A model generated the notes under the pieces. It worked only from the letters and a program-made list of their open reading frames with translations, was not told where the DNA came from and did no database searches. Positions 62,524 to 64,000 of a DNA stretch of 64,000 nucleotides are shown in pieces (the stretch's first letter is position 1; every line of letters begins with the position of its first letter). Both the position numbers and the translations under genes were made by a program. Where the stretch lies: assembly GCA_951406725.2 (NCBI GenBank), contig OX597816.1:113708001-113772000 (forward strand). Direction: 5' to 3'. Source of the DNA: Octopus vulgaris. Taxonomy: Eukaryota.

Positions 62524-63929
62524 TCTTGATAATTTCATTCACCAAATAAAACATTTGATTGTTATCCAGCCATTTCTATCAGTGCTTGAAAGTCACTTCT
62601 GCCAGTTTATGATGAGTACTTATTCTTATTTTTCATGATAATTCTTACATTTAACTAGAAATTTACTGTAGAAAACCTCCACTAAAGAGTTTAAAATATG
62701 CTTGAGGATATTATTTCCAATGATTCAGTTAGAAAGAAAATGTCACTCTAATCAATCCAAGAGAGAAATAGATTGAATTTTTCCATTTTTAATATCCTTT
62801 TATCAATCAAAATAAACAAAGAAAAATGTAATATCAAACATGTGATTATTTTTTCTTGATATCTTTATTAAAACTTTTTAATATCTTCAACTTATTTTTT
62901 CCCCCCATTAGTTACATAGCCAACTTAACTAGTTTTAATTTTATTATAATGCATTCTTGATTTATGATATAATTATAATATTAAGAAATATGTTAATTAA
63001 TTTCAAAAATTGATTGAATGCTAATGAAAGAATTTTCGGAATATGCTTAACATCCTTCCCACTTCCACCTTAGGTGGAAAGGATAATTGCTAGATTTATG
63101 GAAATATCTAAAATATTATGGTTGTATAAAACAGCAATGGTATTTCATGATTTGAAAATGGTTTAACTTTAGAATTCTATAAATTTTAGATTAAATATTA
63201 GATGCTCATATCATATGCATATTTAAGCTCTTTCTTTGGGGTTCTGAAGTTCTGAAAAATAGATTTGTTGTTAATTTTTAGATATTGAAAGATATAAGAT
63301 AGGAAAAATTTCATGATTTATATTTAAGAAACAGCTAAGATTAAATTCTTTTGAGAAGTAAACATTTGCAACATTTGGAGCTGTTATATCCTAAAGTTTC
63401 AAAAGAAATGTGATGAAATAATCATGCTAACTGCAATCAAACCTCAATTTAATGTGTGTTTATATTATCTTATAAGGATTCAATCAAAAGATGAATGACA
63501 GCTCTCATGCGCTTTTTTAAGGGCCTCCAAAACTAATGGTTGATGAGAACTAAAACTTATTGGTTATCTACAGACAGGAGACTCAGTCTAAAAGTTTTGG
63601 ACACTGCAAAATGCACCAAATGGCTAAGTGGTGGTGGTGGTGGTGTTAAAGTGGGTAAAGAATTTAGTTGATCACCAAGAGCAGGAACAATCCTTCTGAT
63701 AGGCTTCCATATAGTTTCCATGAATTTAATTTTTCTTACAAGACTTGGGTTAACCTGAAGAAGACACACATGGTTATGTAAAGAGATTAAACCAGTGATT
63801 CTCAGTTGGGAGTCCACATAAGACTTTGTTGTTAAGATGTATATGCAATAAATTGGGTATACTTCTACATTATACAAAATATTTTAACAATGTTTTTTTT
63901 ATATAATTCCTAATAATATTTAAATATAC

Positions 63930-64000
63930 AATTTTTATGAACATTGAGTAGTTAGGAGGGTCCATCTGAGTAAAACAGGAATCAGAGGGGTCCATAGGCC
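63930..64000 (-). mobile_element. Partial hAT-type MITE related to the 10825 family, cut by the window end
   Basis: Reverse complement tatggacccctctgattcctgttttactcagatggaccctcc resembles 10850-10890. Confidence 0.5.

Noticed and set aside
63557-63877. 106-aa minus-strand ORF with a poly-Pro run
   Set aside because: No domain recognised, the poly-Pro comes from a (GGT)n microsatellite, and there is no supporting gene structure.

Overview
AT-rich, microsatellite-dense eukaryotic DNA, intronic or intergenic. The repeat content points to a coleoid cephalopod, probably Octopus (inference). I found no intact host gene, rRNA, genuine tRNA gene or CRISPR array. Most ORFs in the track are microsatellite read-throughs or decayed transposon frames. 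The window holds three tRNA-derived SINE groups and many RTE LINE fragments with (GAT)n tails. It also holds older APE-LINE and L1/Tx1-like relics, a Gypsy-type integrase relic, two mariner elements, hAT, piggyBac and Tc1 MITEs, and a non-autonomous Helitron. Four observations stand out. (1) Three hammerhead-ribozyme-like motifs of the Penelope/retrozyme type occur, the best at 4191-4280 with a long helix II. (2) Four different R4/Dong-type RLE retrotransposon 3' ends cluster at 52.4-55.9 kb, each ending in (TAA)n, and two of those tracts are shared tail-to-tail with unrelated retroelements. (3) A ~150-bp inverted copy of nearby unique DNA sits exactly at the 5' junction of a truncated RTE. 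(4) Two weak, frame-compatible candidate host exons lie on the + strand. Coordinates were read by eye and may be off by a few bases.
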